From contig NZ_JMCB01000010.1 in the NCBI RefSeq assembly GCF_000737315.1, positions 186,001 through 250,000 on the forward strand: DNA of 64,000 nucleotides. Reading direction: 5' to 3'. The notes under the pieces are model-generated. The model searched no databases. It saw only the letters and a list, made by a program, of their open reading frames with translations, and was not told where the DNA came from. The position numbers were made by a program, and so were the translations under genes. Positions within the stretch are counted from its first letter, which is position 1; the number at the start of each line of letters is the position of its first letter. This DNA is from Hyalangium minutum. GTDB taxonomy: Bacteria; Myxococcota; Myxococcia; Myxococcales; Myxococcaceae. Of this stretch, positions 18,493 through 27,811 are shown piece by piece.

Positions 18493-18993
18493 ATGAAGAA
18501 CAAGAGAGGCGTCGAGGAAACCGAGTTGCTCCGAGAGGCCGCGCAAGAAAGACCGGGAGGTCAGCAGACTGCGCGGAAGGCTGCAGCCATCCTGGTCGAT
18601 TCTGGCCAGGGGTTCATCCTGCCCACGGCAGCACAGCGACGAGCGCTACTCATTGCGTTCGCCCAGGCCGGCTTCGTCATCTATGGGAAAGCCTTTGATG
18701 CGGTGAAGATCAAGGTGCCCATCGACCTGACGGATCCAGAAGATATTGGCCGTCACTTGGACGACCTTGTCATCTACGAGATCAAGTCCACGGGGAAGTC
18801 CACTGTCCAACCTGACTTCCGGCGCTATTTTTTTTCGCTCTCCACCGCTGAGTTGCTTGTTGCCCAGAATTTGGGGAAGCGCTTCAAATTCGTGTTTGTC
18901 AACACGCTGACGCGCCACCATGTCGAGCTCTCCCTGCCGGAGGTCTTCGCTCGCGCTCGCGGCATCTACCCCACCTGGAGCATCCAATTCTGA
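18493..18993 (+). CDS. PD-(D/E)XK nuclease-like protein (DUF3883/NOV_C-like)
   Basis: AFDAV...IYEIKST...YFFSLSTAELLVA...FVFVN pattern. Visibly more A/T-rich than its neighbours. Start 18493 (ORF track starts at 18421). Confidence 0.6.
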   Translation: MKNKRGVEETELLREAAQERPGGQQTARKAAAILVDSGQGFILPTAAQRRALLIAFAQAGFVIYGKAFDAVKIKVPIDLTDPEDIGRHLDDLVIYEIKSTGKSTVQPDFRRYFFSLSTAELLVAQNLGKRFKFVFVNTLTRHHVELSLPEVFARARGIYPTWSIQF

Positions 18994-19090
18994 TCGTTCC
19001 CTTTGGGGCTTCTCAGCTCACAAAGGGTTTTACGAGCAGCTGCTGCTGAAGAGTTGATTCCGGACCGGGGGCGGAGTGAGGTAGCAGGTC

Positions 19091-20296
19091 ATGAGCTCCT
19101 CGCCTCGCCCCACCGTGCTGTGCCTCGCCAGCTTCTTCAAGGGCAACCGCTTCCTCCAGCGGCTCCATGAAGAGGGTTGCTACGTCATCCTCATCACTTC
19201 GGACAAGTTCAAGAACGAGGAGTGGGCCCGCCAGTACATCCACGAGTTCCACTCCGTGGCCTCTTTCGAGGACCGCAATGCCCTGCTCCTCGGCGCCGCG
19301 TGGCTGTTCCGGGAGCGCCGCATCGATCGGATCGTGGCCCTCGATGACTTCGACGTGGAGGTGGGCGCCGCCCTGCGCGAGCACTTCCGCATCCCTGGCA
19401 TGGGCGACTCGGCCTCGCGCTTCTTCCGGGACAAGCTCGCCATGCGCATGAAGGCCCAGGAGCTGGGCATCCGCGTCCCCCGCTTCACCTCGGTCTTCCA
19501 CCACGCGGACGTCGCGAAGTTCCTCTCCGAGGTTCCCGCCCCCTGGCTCATCAAGCCTCGCTCCGAGGCCTCCGCCGTCGGCATCAAGAAGCTGAAGACC
19601 GCCGAGGAGGCCTGGGCCACCCTCCACGAGCTGGGCGATCGCCAGTCCTTCCACGTCTTGGAGCAGATGATCCCAGGCGACCTGTACCACGTGGACTCGC
19701 TCACCCAGGACGGCAAGATCGTCTTCGCCGAGGTCGGCCACTACGGACGTCCCCTGCTGGAGGTGGCCCATGAGGGCGGCATCTACATGACGCGCACGCA
19801 GCGCCGCGACTCGAAGGAGGCGAAGATGCTCACGGAGATGAACGCCCAGGTGCTCCAGGGCTTCGGGCTCCGCCGGGGCGCTTCACACACCGAGTTCATC
19901 ATCGGCCGCGATGACGGCCTGCCGTACTTCATCGAGACCTCGGCCCGCGTGGGCGGCGCGAACATCGCGGAGACGGTCGAGGCCGCCACCGGCGTGAACC
20001 TGTGGAGCGAGTGGGCCAAGCTGGAGATCGAAGGCGAGGGCTACGCCTACAAGCCGCCCCAGACACGCCAGGAGTTCGGCGGCGTCATCATCTCGCTCGC
20101 CCGCGACGAGTACCCGGACACCTCCTCCTTCAACGAGCCGGAGGTCGTCGACCGGCTCAAGAAGAAGCACCACATCGGGCTCGTCGTGCGCGCCCCGAAG
20201 GCGGAGCGCGTCGAGGAGCTGCTCGAGAAGTACCTGCAGCGCATCGCCCAGGAGTTCCACGCCTCCCTGCCCGCGCCGTCGAAGTCGACCTCGTAA
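19091..20296 (+). CDS. ATP-grasp domain ligase
   Basis: RDKLAMR, PWLIKPRSEASAVGI, LEQMIPG, HTEF, FIETSARVGG. Confidence 0.92.
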   Translation: MSSSPRPTVLCLASFFKGNRFLQRLHEEGCYVILITSDKFKNEEWARQYIHEFHSVASFEDRNALLLGAAWLFRERRIDRIVALDDFDVEVGAALREHFRIPGMGDSASRFFRDKLAMRMKAQELGIRVPRFTSVFHHADVAKFLSEVPAPWLIKPRSEASAVGIKKLKTAEEAWATLHELGDRQSFHVLEQMIPGDLYHVDSLTQDGKIVFAEVGHYGRPLLEVAHEGGIYMTRTQRRDSKEAKMLTEMNAQVLQGFGLRRGASHTEFIIGRDDGLPYFIETSARVGGANIAETVEAATGVNLWSEWAKLEIEGEGYAYKPPQTRQEFGGVIISLARDEYPDTSSFNEPEVVDRLKKKHHIGLVVRAPKAERVEELLEKYLQRIAQEFHASLPAPSKSTS

Positions 20297-20315
20297 TCCA
20301 GGGGCGGAGCGGCGC

Positions 20316-21878
20316 TCAGCTCCGCTGCCGGGCCTCGAGCGCCTCCACCAGGGCCGCGATGGGTGAGCCGGTCGGCTTGCCCGCCTGCCAGTCCGGAGGC
20401 GTCACCACGACACCCGAGATGTCCAGGTGCACGAACGGCAGCTGGGAGTTCTTCAGCCCGGCCGCCACGTCGATGAAGGCAAACGGCCCCTGGTGCCCGC
20501 GCGCCGTGTCCACGCTGGCCAGCCGGTTGCTCGACAAGACGTCCTCGGTCGGGGCCTTGGGCGCCACGAACTGGTAGTCCTCGCGCCGAGGCCGCGTCGT
20601 CTCCAGCGGCTCCCCGAGCAGCTCGCCCGCCTCGGCCAGCGTCCGGATGAAGCCCTGCGCCCGCGCCGGACCGTTCTCGATGGCGCCCACGTAGGGCCCG
20701 AACGCCCGGTACACATGGCCCGTCAGCGTCGCCACCGAGACCAGCGTGGCCGTGGCCGGATCCGCGCCCTCCTTGAGCGCCGCGAGCAGATCCGCCAGCA
20801 CCAGGCGGCCCTCCGCGTCCGTGTTGCCAATGCGGACCCGCACGCCCGAGCGCGCCGGGATGATCTCGTCCGAGACGAACGACTCGTCGCCGATGCTGTT
20901 GCGCACCATGCCCAGCAGCGCGATCACCCGGAGGCCGGGGATCTTCCGCTCGGCCAGCACCCGCACCAGCCCCGCCACCGTCGCCGCACCGCCCTTGTCG
21001 CGAGACATGCCGGCCATGCCGCCGTTCGTCTTCAGGTCCGCGCCGCCCATGTCATAGGTGACGCCCTTCCCCGCCAGCAACAGCGTGCGCGTGACGTGCC
21101 CCTCCGGCACCCAGTCCAGGCAGACCACGCAGGGCCGGTGACGCTCCACCCGCATCGACGCCCGCGCCACCGCCGCCAGCAGCGGATAGCCGGACACGTC
21201 CTTCTGCACCGCGACCCTCACGCCCGTGCCCTTGAAGGCCGCCTCGCAGTACTCGGCGAACCGCAGCGGGGTGAGCCGCTCTGGACCGCCCGTCACCAGA
21301 TCGCGGCACATCGCCCTGCCCTTCTCCAGCGCGTTGGCCCGCGCGGCCGCCTCGCTGGACAGGTTCAGCACCGAGAGCTTGCGCAGCCGCACCGGAGGCG
21401 CCTTCCGGGCAGGAGACTCCCGGGCCTCCAGCGGCTCCCACGCGGTGGCCACCGCCGAGAGCGCACACACCTCCAGCGTCCGGGCGAACCGAGCCCCGTC
21501 CGGCACCGCGACCGCCAGCAGCGGCTGAGAGGCCCCCGCCTGCACCGCCCGGGCGATGGCCGTGGCGGCCGCCTCGGACAGCACGCGGCAGTCATCCGTG
21601 TCGTGGGCGATGGGCGCAGTGGGCGCCAGGACCACCCGGCCTCCGGGCGCCGAGGGCACCGCCACCACGGTGGGCGCGGGGCTGCCCTCGGCCAGGGACT
21701 GGTCCACCGAGAGGGCGGCCTCCAGCGCCCGCCGCCACTCGTCCGGCAGGCCCAGCTTCTCCAGAGAGGTCCTCAAGGGCGCGGGGGCGACCACCACCAG
21801 CGCGTCCGAGTCCTTCGCCGCCGCGGAGGCCTCCGCAGCACCTTCAATCACGGGGAGTGTATTCACGTGCGGCACCAT
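20316..21878 (-). CDS. M17 family leucyl aminopeptidase
   Basis: GKGVTYDMGG, DKGGAA, NTDAEGRL, ATLTG, HLDISG. The N-terminal extension in the ORF track (to 22856) is an antisense artefact; likely start 21878. Confidence 0.93.
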   Translation of the reverse strand: MVPHVNTLPVIEGAAEASAAAKDSDALVVVAPAPLRTSLEKLGLPDEWRRALEAALSVDQSLAEGSPAPTVVAVPSAPGGRVVLAPTAPIAHDTDDCRVLSEAAATAIARAVQAGASQPLLAVAVPDGARFARTLEVCALSAVATAWEPLEARESPARKAPPVRLRKLSVLNLSSEAAARANALEKGRAMCRDLVTGGPERLTPLRFAEYCEAAFKGTGVRVAVQKDVSGYPLLAAVARASMRVERHRPCVVCLDWVPEGHVTRTLLLAGKGVTYDMGGADLKTNGGMAGMSRDKGGAATVAGLVRVLAERKIPGLRVIALLGMVRNSIGDESFVSDEIIPARSGVRVRIGNTDAEGRLVLADLLAALKEGADPATATLVSVATLTGHVYRAFGPYVGAIENGPARAQGFIRTLAEAGELLGEPLETTRPRREDYQFVAPKAPTEDVLSSNRLASVDTARGHQGPFAFIDVAAGLKNSQLPFVHLDISGVVVTPPDWQAGKPTGSPIAALVEALEARQRS

Positions 21879-21968
21879 CCCATAGCTCGGCCCCAGAGGA
21901 GACGAGGAATCCACTGGGCACCAGTGGAAGAGGACCGTATATGCGCGGTACATCCTGGAATCACAAAC

Positions 21969-23174
21969 ATGTCCGACACCGTGAAGCATCCCGCCCCCAT
22001 CTACGGCGAGCGCCCCCTCCTCGAGCAGGAACCCCCCACCGTCTGGCCGCAGGGAGAGCCCGCCAAGGAGGAGATCCTCCCCATCGCCAGCCGGCTCCAC
22101 ATCAACCCGCACTACCAGGGCCGAGGCGTCACCGTGGCGTTCCTCGACTCCGGGTTCTACGCCCACCCGGACCTGATGCAGCCGCGCTGCCGCATCCGCC
22201 GCTACTACGATCTCATCAACGACCAGTATGGACTGGAGCTCATCAGCACCCCGGACAACTCCATGTGGCACGGGATGATGACGTCCACTGTGGCCGCCGG
22301 GAACGGGTTCCTCTCGGATGGGAAGTTCAAGTCGCTGGCGCCCGAGATGGACGTGGTGCTCGTCAAGGTGGGCCACCTGTCGCGCGTGAAGCACGACGAC
22401 ATCGTCCGAGGCATCCGCTGGGTCATCGCTCGCAAGGACGAGCTCGGCATCCGCGTGCTCAACATCTCCGCCGGCGGTGACTACGAGGCCAGCTACCTCG
22501 TGGATCCCATCTGCCAGGCCGCCGAGGACGCCGTCCGCGCGGGCATCACCGTCGTCTGCGCCGTGGGCAACGCCGCCCATGGCCGCCACCGCGTGATCGC
22601 CCCGGCCAGCACTCCCGCCGTCATCACCGTGGGCGGCCTGGATGATCGCGGCGACCCCCGCCTGGGCCGCATGGGCACCTACTGGTCTTGCTTCGGCCCC
22701 ACCATCGACGGGCTCCAGAAGCCCGAGGTCATGGCCCCGGCCATCTGGGTCGTTGCCCCCATCCTCCCGGGTACCCCCACCGCCCAGGAGGCCGAGCTGC
22801 TCGCACTCCTGGAGAAGACGCCGGACGACCAGCTGGGCAGGGTCCTGGCCGCCCACCCGGGCATCATCCGTGAGCTGGACTCGGTCAAGGATGACGAGCC
22901 CTACCTCATCCGACAGCTGATCGGCTCCAAGGTAAAGGATCAGAAAGTCATTTCAGGCAGTTACAAGCACGTGGACGGCACCTCCTTCGCCGCCCCCATC
23001 GTCACCAGCATCGTCGGGCAGATGCTCGAGGCCAATCCCCGGCTGACTCCCTGGGAGGTCAAACGAATCTTGGTGGATACGGCCCGGAGGCTTCCGAGCG
23101 TGGCGGTGGAGCGCCAGGGCTGGGGGGTGGTCCAGCCAGCAGCGGCCATCACCGAGGCGGAACGTCGCCGGTAG
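21969..23174 (+). CDS. Cytoplasmic S8 (subtilisin-like) serine protease
   Basis: Catalytic triad VAFLDSG, WHGMMT, GTSFAAP; no signal peptide. Real start MSDTV at 21969. Confidence 0.93.
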   Translation: MSDTVKHPAPIYGERPLLEQEPPTVWPQGEPAKEEILPIASRLHINPHYQGRGVTVAFLDSGFYAHPDLMQPRCRIRRYYDLINDQYGLELISTPDNSMWHGMMTSTVAAGNGFLSDGKFKSLAPEMDVVLVKVGHLSRVKHDDIVRGIRWVIARKDELGIRVLNISAGGDYEASYLVDPICQAAEDAVRAGITVVCAVGNAAHGRHRVIAPASTPAVITVGGLDDRGDPRLGRMGTYWSCFGPTIDGLQKPEVMAPAIWVVAPILPGTPTAQEAELLALLEKTPDDQLGRVLAAHPGIIRELDSVKDDEPYLIRQLIGSKVKDQKVISGSYKHVDGTSFAAPIVTSIVGQMLEANPRLTPWEVKRILVDTARRLPSVAVERQGWGVVQPAAAITEAERRR

Positions 23175-23255
23175 GACCTAGAGACCCCACCGGTAGGCCT
23201 TGGAGGAGGGGTACCCCTTTTCACTGCCTCGTAAAAACAGGTAGACGAGGGGTAC

Positions 23256-24206
23256 ATGACACACGCCGGCCGCTCCCGTCCCCTTCGCATAGGTCTCATC
23301 GACATGAACAACGGGGTGGCCAACCAGGCCATCCGTTCGTTCCGCTCCATCATCGCCACCTTTGGGGAGCGCGTTCGGGCCCGGAACCCTCACCTCTCGA
23401 TCACGACCTCGCACGTCCAGCCGCGCAACCTGGGCGAGGCGCCCCCCACCGACTGCGATCTGTACCTGAGCACGGGCGGGCCGGATGCCCCGGTAGACGG
23501 CTTCAAGGAGTCCTGGGCCACCGGCATTCGGAAGTTCTTCGATCGCATCGTCGAGGGGCAGCTGCAGCACGGCCCCTCCGCGCCAGCCGCCTTCGCGGTC
23601 TGCTACTCGTTCGAGATCGCGGTGATGCACTTCGGCGTGGCGTCCATGATTCCGCGCGAGCGCAAGTTCGGCATCATGCCCGTGTACCCGACCGAGGAGG
23701 GCCTGGCGCACTCCATGTTCGCCCCGTTCGGGGACCGGCTCTTCGTCTGGGAGCACCGCAGCTGGCAGGCGGTGGACCTGGATGAGAAGCGGCTGAAGGA
23801 GCTGGGCGGCACGCTGCTGGCCCGCGAGAGCCGCGACGGCCACACCAAGGGCCGCGGGCTCATGGCGTTCCAGTTCTCCCGGGGCATCGAGGGCACCATC
23901 TTCCACCCCGAGGCGGACCGCCCCGGCGTGCTGAACTGGCTGGAGCGCCCCGAGCAGGCCAAGGCCGTCATCGAGACCTACGGCGAGCTCATCTACAAGC
24001 GGATGACCAAGACGATCGACGATCCCACCCGCCTGGCGCGCACCTACGCGCTGCTGCTGCCGGGCTGGCTGGCGCGCTCGTTCAACGCCATGGCTCAGGA
24101 GCACGACTGGGCCCAGGTGGAGATGCCAACTTACGATGCCGCATTGGGACTGGACGCGTTTGGCCGTCCTACGGAAGCGGCTGCAACGGTGGGGAGCAAC
24201 TCGTGA
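23256..24206 (+). CDS. Class I glutamine amidotransferase-like protein
   Basis: LSTGGP, nucleophile AVCYSFE, IFHPE (Cys-His-Glu). Confidence 0.85.
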   Translation: MTHAGRSRPLRIGLIDMNNGVANQAIRSFRSIIATFGERVRARNPHLSITTSHVQPRNLGEAPPTDCDLYLSTGGPDAPVDGFKESWATGIRKFFDRIVEGQLQHGPSAPAAFAVCYSFEIAVMHFGVASMIPRERKFGIMPVYPTEEGLAHSMFAPFGDRLFVWEHRSWQAVDLDEKRLKELGGTLLARESRDGHTKGRGLMAFQFSRGIEGTIFHPEADRPGVLNWLERPEQAKAVIETYGELIYKRMTKTIDDPTRLARTYALLLPGWLARSFNAMAQEHDWAQVEMPTYDAALGLDAFGRPTEAAATVGSNS

Positions 24207-25213
24207 ACAAGAAGATTGGAATCCTGGCGGGAATGGAGTGGGACCATTTCCCGATGGCGCTCATTGAGCGCATCAACGCGGTGCCCGGCTTCGAGGCGGA
24301 GCTGGCGAAGATCGACGCCACTCCGGAGAACTTCACCAAGAAGTACGACGTGCTGGTGGACCGCATCAGCCACGAGGTGCCGTTCTACCGGTTCCACCTC
24401 AAGGCGGCGATGCTGGCCGGCACCTACTGCATCAACGATCCGTTCTGGTTCTCGGCGGACGACAAGTTCTTCGGCTTCTCGCTGGCCCAGCGCATCGGCG
24501 TTCCCGTGCCCCGCACGGTGATGCTGCCCCAGCGCGAGTACATCCCGGCCATCGACCCGAACCGCTCGCTCAACAACCTCGTCTATCCGCTCGATTGGGA
24601 GGGAATTGCCCGCTACGTGGGGTTCCCGGCCATCTGTAAGCCCGCGGACGGCGGCGGCTGGCGCAACGTGAACCGCGTGGACTCCATGGACGAGCTCATG
24701 CGCGTCTACAACGAGTCGGGCCAGCTGGTGCTCACGCTGCAGCAGTTCATCGAGTTCGATGACTACGTGCGCTGCCTCGTCATCGGCCGCGATCACGTGC
24801 GGATGATCCGCTACAGCGTGAAGAACCGCGGCTACCTGCCGGACAAGAACTTCCTGCCCGCGGCGCTCGAGGCCCGCATCATCGACTACGCCCGCGAGCT
24901 GAACCGCGCGCTGGGCTACGACATGAATTCGGTGGAGTTCGCCATCAAGGACGGCGTGCCCTACGCCATCGACTTCACCAACCCGGCGCCGGACATGTAT
25001 CCACACCACATCCTCCCGGACAACTATGAGTGGTGCCTGGAGAAGATGACGGAGTTGTGCATCACCGCCGCGCGCGAGGGCCGCAAGAATGACGCGGGCC
25101 ACTCGTGGCAGCGTTACCTGGAGAAGAAGTCGTCCCACCCGGCGGCTCCCCCGGCGGCCACTCCCGCCGCCGCGCCACGCGCCGCTGCCGCTGCTACCGC
25201 GAGGAGGTCATAA
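24203..25213 (+). CDS. RimK/glutathione-synthetase-like ATP-grasp ligase
   Basis: DDKFF, CKPADGGGW, LQQFIEF, SVEFAIKDGVPYAIDFTNP. GTGA overlap with the upstream gene. Confidence 0.9.
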   Translation: MNKKIGILAGMEWDHFPMALIERINAVPGFEAELAKIDATPENFTKKYDVLVDRISHEVPFYRFHLKAAMLAGTYCINDPFWFSADDKFFGFSLAQRIGVPVPRTVMLPQREYIPAIDPNRSLNNLVYPLDWEGIARYVGFPAICKPADGGGWRNVNRVDSMDELMRVYNESGQLVLTLQQFIEFDDYVRCLVIGRDHVRMIRYSVKNRGYLPDKNFLPAALEARIIDYARELNRALGYDMNSVEFAIKDGVPYAIDFTNPAPDMYPHHILPDNYEWCLEKMTELCITAAREGRKNDAGHSWQRYLEKKSSHPAAPPAATPAAAPRAAAAATARRS

Positions 25214-25215
25214 CC

Positions 25216-26367
25216 ATGGCGTCTTCCCTGCTGGATGGTCAGTTCACGCTGGGTGTCGAGGAAGAGTTCCAGATCGTCGACTCGCAGAGCTGCGAGCTGC
25301 GCTCGTACATCTCCAAGCTGCTGGATGATGGCAAGGCAGTGCTGCGCGAGCGCGTCCGGGCCGAGATGCACCAGTCCGTCGTCGAGGTGGGCACGGGTAT
25401 CTGCAAGACAGTCCACGAGGTGCGCTCGGAGCTGACCGAGATGCGGCTCGAGCTGGACCGCCTGGCGCGCAAGGGCAACATGAACATCGTCGCGGCGGGT
25501 ACCCACCCGTTCAGCGACTGGAAGAGCCAGGAGATCACCCCGAACCCTCGCTACGAGGTGATCGTTCAGGACCTGCAGGACATCGCCCGCGGCAACCTGA
25601 TCTTCGGGCTCCATGTCCACGTGGGCATCAAGGAGAAGCAGACGGCCATCGCCCTGGCCAACCAGCTGCGCTACTTCCTGCCGCACCTGCTGGCGCTGTC
25701 CACCTCGTCGCCGTTCTGGCTGGGGCGCGCCACGGGCCAGCAGTCGCACCGGACGATGATCTTCAAGCGCTTCCCGCGCACGGGCATTCCGCCCACGTTC
25801 GAGAGCTACTCCCAGTTCATGGAGTACGTGGACCTGCTCATCCGGACCAACTGCATCGACAACGGGAAGAAGATCTGGTGGGACGTGCGCGTCCACCACG
25901 TCTTCGACACGGTGGAGATCCGCATCTGCGACATGCCCACCAGCCTGGAGCAGGAGCTGAGCATCGTCGCGCTCATCCAGGCCCTGGTGGCGCAGCTGTA
26001 CCTGATGCTGCGGCGCAACCAGTCCTGGCGCCACTACATGTCTCCGCTCGTCGAGGAGAACAAGTGGCGCGCCAGCCGCTACGGCATCCGGGGCAAGCTG
26101 ATCGACTTCGGCCAGCAGCAGGAGCGTCCGTACTCCGAACTGCTGGAGGAGATGATCTCCTTCGTCTCCGAGGCCTCGGACATGCTGGGGACCTCGGAGC
26201 AGGTGGCCAGCGTGCGCCGCATCCTCAAAGAGGGCACCTCCTCGGAGCGGCAGCTCGAGGTCTTCAAGAACAGCAACAATGACCCGCGCGCCGTGGTGCG
26301 CTGGCTCATTGAAGAGACGATGCGCGGCGTGGGCTCCAAGGCCGCGCCCGTCAGCCAGGTGGGGTAG
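25216..26367 (+). CDS. ybdK: Carboxylate-amine ligase, GCS2/YbdK family
   Basis: TLGVEEEFQ, EMHQSVVEVGT, GTHPF, GLHVHVG, WWDVR, EIRICD. Confidence 0.93.
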   Translation: MASSLLDGQFTLGVEEEFQIVDSQSCELRSYISKLLDDGKAVLRERVRAEMHQSVVEVGTGICKTVHEVRSELTEMRLELDRLARKGNMNIVAAGTHPFSDWKSQEITPNPRYEVIVQDLQDIARGNLIFGLHVHVGIKEKQTAIALANQLRYFLPHLLALSTSSPFWLGRATGQQSHRTMIFKRFPRTGIPPTFESYSQFMEYVDLLIRTNCIDNGKKIWWDVRVHHVFDTVEIRICDMPTSLEQELSIVALIQALVAQLYLMLRRNQSWRHYMSPLVEENKWRASRYGIRGKLIDFGQQQERPYSELLEEMISFVSEASDMLGTSEQVASVRRILKEGTSSERQLEVFKNSNNDPRAVVRWLIEETMRGVGSKAAPVSQVG

Positions 26368-26397
26368 CCCGGCGAGGGCCTCTGCGCCGAGGGCGGC

Positions 26398-27606
26398 CTA
26401 CTCCGCCTTCGGCCAGAGCGCCACGGTGGAGCCCACCCAGTCCAGACCCTTGTTGAAGTCCACCCCGAGCATCTTCCCTCGGGACAGCCGCACCAGGTTC
26501 ATGAAGGGCTGGGGCAGGCGCTGGCCCTGGTCCCTCAGGCAGAGCACGCGGATCTCCGCGGCCACGCCGATGCCCTCGGGCGTGAACAGCTCGCGCGCGT
26601 AGGTGATCTTCTTCTGGAGGATCCACCCGTCGCGCTGGTCCGCGGGGATGTTCGCAACATCCTCTCGCGTGGGGTCCACCTTCACGCCCGCGCCGGCATA
26701 CGAGAACAGCGGCTTGAGCACGTAGTTCTCCAGGTCCGCCGGCAGCTCCTTCAGCTGCGCCACCGTGGTCGCCTTGGGGACGGCCGGGTGGTCAATCAGC
26801 GGCAGCGAGAACTTGGACCACATCCAGTACCAGTTGGGGTGCGGGCACCAGCTCACGTCCAAGTCATCCGTGAACTTGAACGCCATGGGCGGGTTCTTCT
26901 TCTGGAGCTCGTCAAAAACCACCCGGTTGAAGATGCGGCGGATGGGCAGCTTGCGGCCGTCCTTCATGCGGAACAGCTGGCGGCCCTCGCGAATGACTTC
27001 CGTCACGCAGACGGGCTCGATGCCGGTGAGCTCCTGGGTCGCCACGAAGTCCGGCAGCGTCTTCTGCTTCTGCGGCTCGATCTCCAGCAGCACCACCTCT
27101 TCCGGCTTGTGGCCCGCGAGCAGCGCGCGGCGCAGCAACTCCTTGCCACTGTCGTAGTCATACCCGGGGGCGAAGCAGTGGAAGCCCTTGTCGGCGCCCG
27201 GCAGGTTCATCATCTCGTTGAAGATGCGCGCCTGGATCATCGTGAAGGCAAACAGGGACGGGAACGCCTGCAGCTCCACCACCTGACCGTCCAGCTCGCC
27301 GTCCTTGTTGCGGACCACGGCGTAGTCGATGGTCATCACGTCCGGGGCCTCGTCCTGGCGAGGCACGTCGTACTCGGGCGGGACGGCACGGCGAGCGGCG
27401 GCCAGGCGCTGCGGCTCGGCCAGCTGGGCGATGATGTCCCGCGTGTAGCCGAAGATGCGATCGCGCGTGGCCGGAGGGATGAACAGCGGCGACTCCGCCA
27501 GGCGATACGGTACAGGCCCCACCACCGCTTGGAGGCGGTTGCGATATTGCTCGTAGAACGTGGGGGAGAAGATCTGGTTGTAGACGCGTCGGAAATCTGC
27601 GTGCAT
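26398..27606 (-). CDS. Circularly permuted ATP-grasp-like ligase
   Basis: IDYAV...VELQAFPS near the N-terminus, IFNRVVFDE, WSKFSLP, YVLKPLFSYAGAGV, ILQKKI: the permuted ATP-grasp order. Confidence 0.75.
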   Translation of the reverse strand: MHADFRRVYNQIFSPTFYEQYRNRLQAVVGPVPYRLAESPLFIPPATRDRIFGYTRDIIAQLAEPQRLAAARRAVPPEYDVPRQDEAPDVMTIDYAVVRNKDGELDGQVVELQAFPSLFAFTMIQARIFNEMMNLPGADKGFHCFAPGYDYDSGKELLRRALLAGHKPEEVVLLEIEPQKQKTLPDFVATQELTGIEPVCVTEVIREGRQLFRMKDGRKLPIRRIFNRVVFDELQKKNPPMAFKFTDDLDVSWCPHPNWYWMWSKFSLPLIDHPAVPKATTVAQLKELPADLENYVLKPLFSYAGAGVKVDPTREDVANIPADQRDGWILQKKITYARELFTPEGIGVAAEIRVLCLRDQGQRLPQPFMNLVRLSRGKMLGVDFNKGLDWVGSTVALWPKAE

Positions 27607-27811
27607 TGAGGGCAGGCTAGCACGTGTCCAATGGCGCCCAAGCAGGCTCCCAACGGTCCGTCGCTTGCTCAGGGGCCGGGACAGTTCACTGCTGAAACGG
27701 ACAATCCTTGAAAACCCTGTCGCCTTGTGGAGGGACCCGCGCGCTTATCGAGACGGGCAGCGAGGTGCACAACGGCTTTCATGCCCGAGGCAAGACGGTT
27801 AGACATGGGGC

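Noticed and set aside
20427-22856. Long N-terminal extensions on the S8 (915 aa) and M17 (846 aa) ORFs
   Set aside because: Each extension is the antisense frame of the other, divergent gene; family similarity begins at 21969 and 21878.
19091-27606. Graspetide (microviridin-type) RiPP cluster
   Set aside because: No short precursor ORF with repeated core motifs and no exporter seen; the ligase mix (GCS2, circularly permuted ATP-grasp, GATase) fits a different class.
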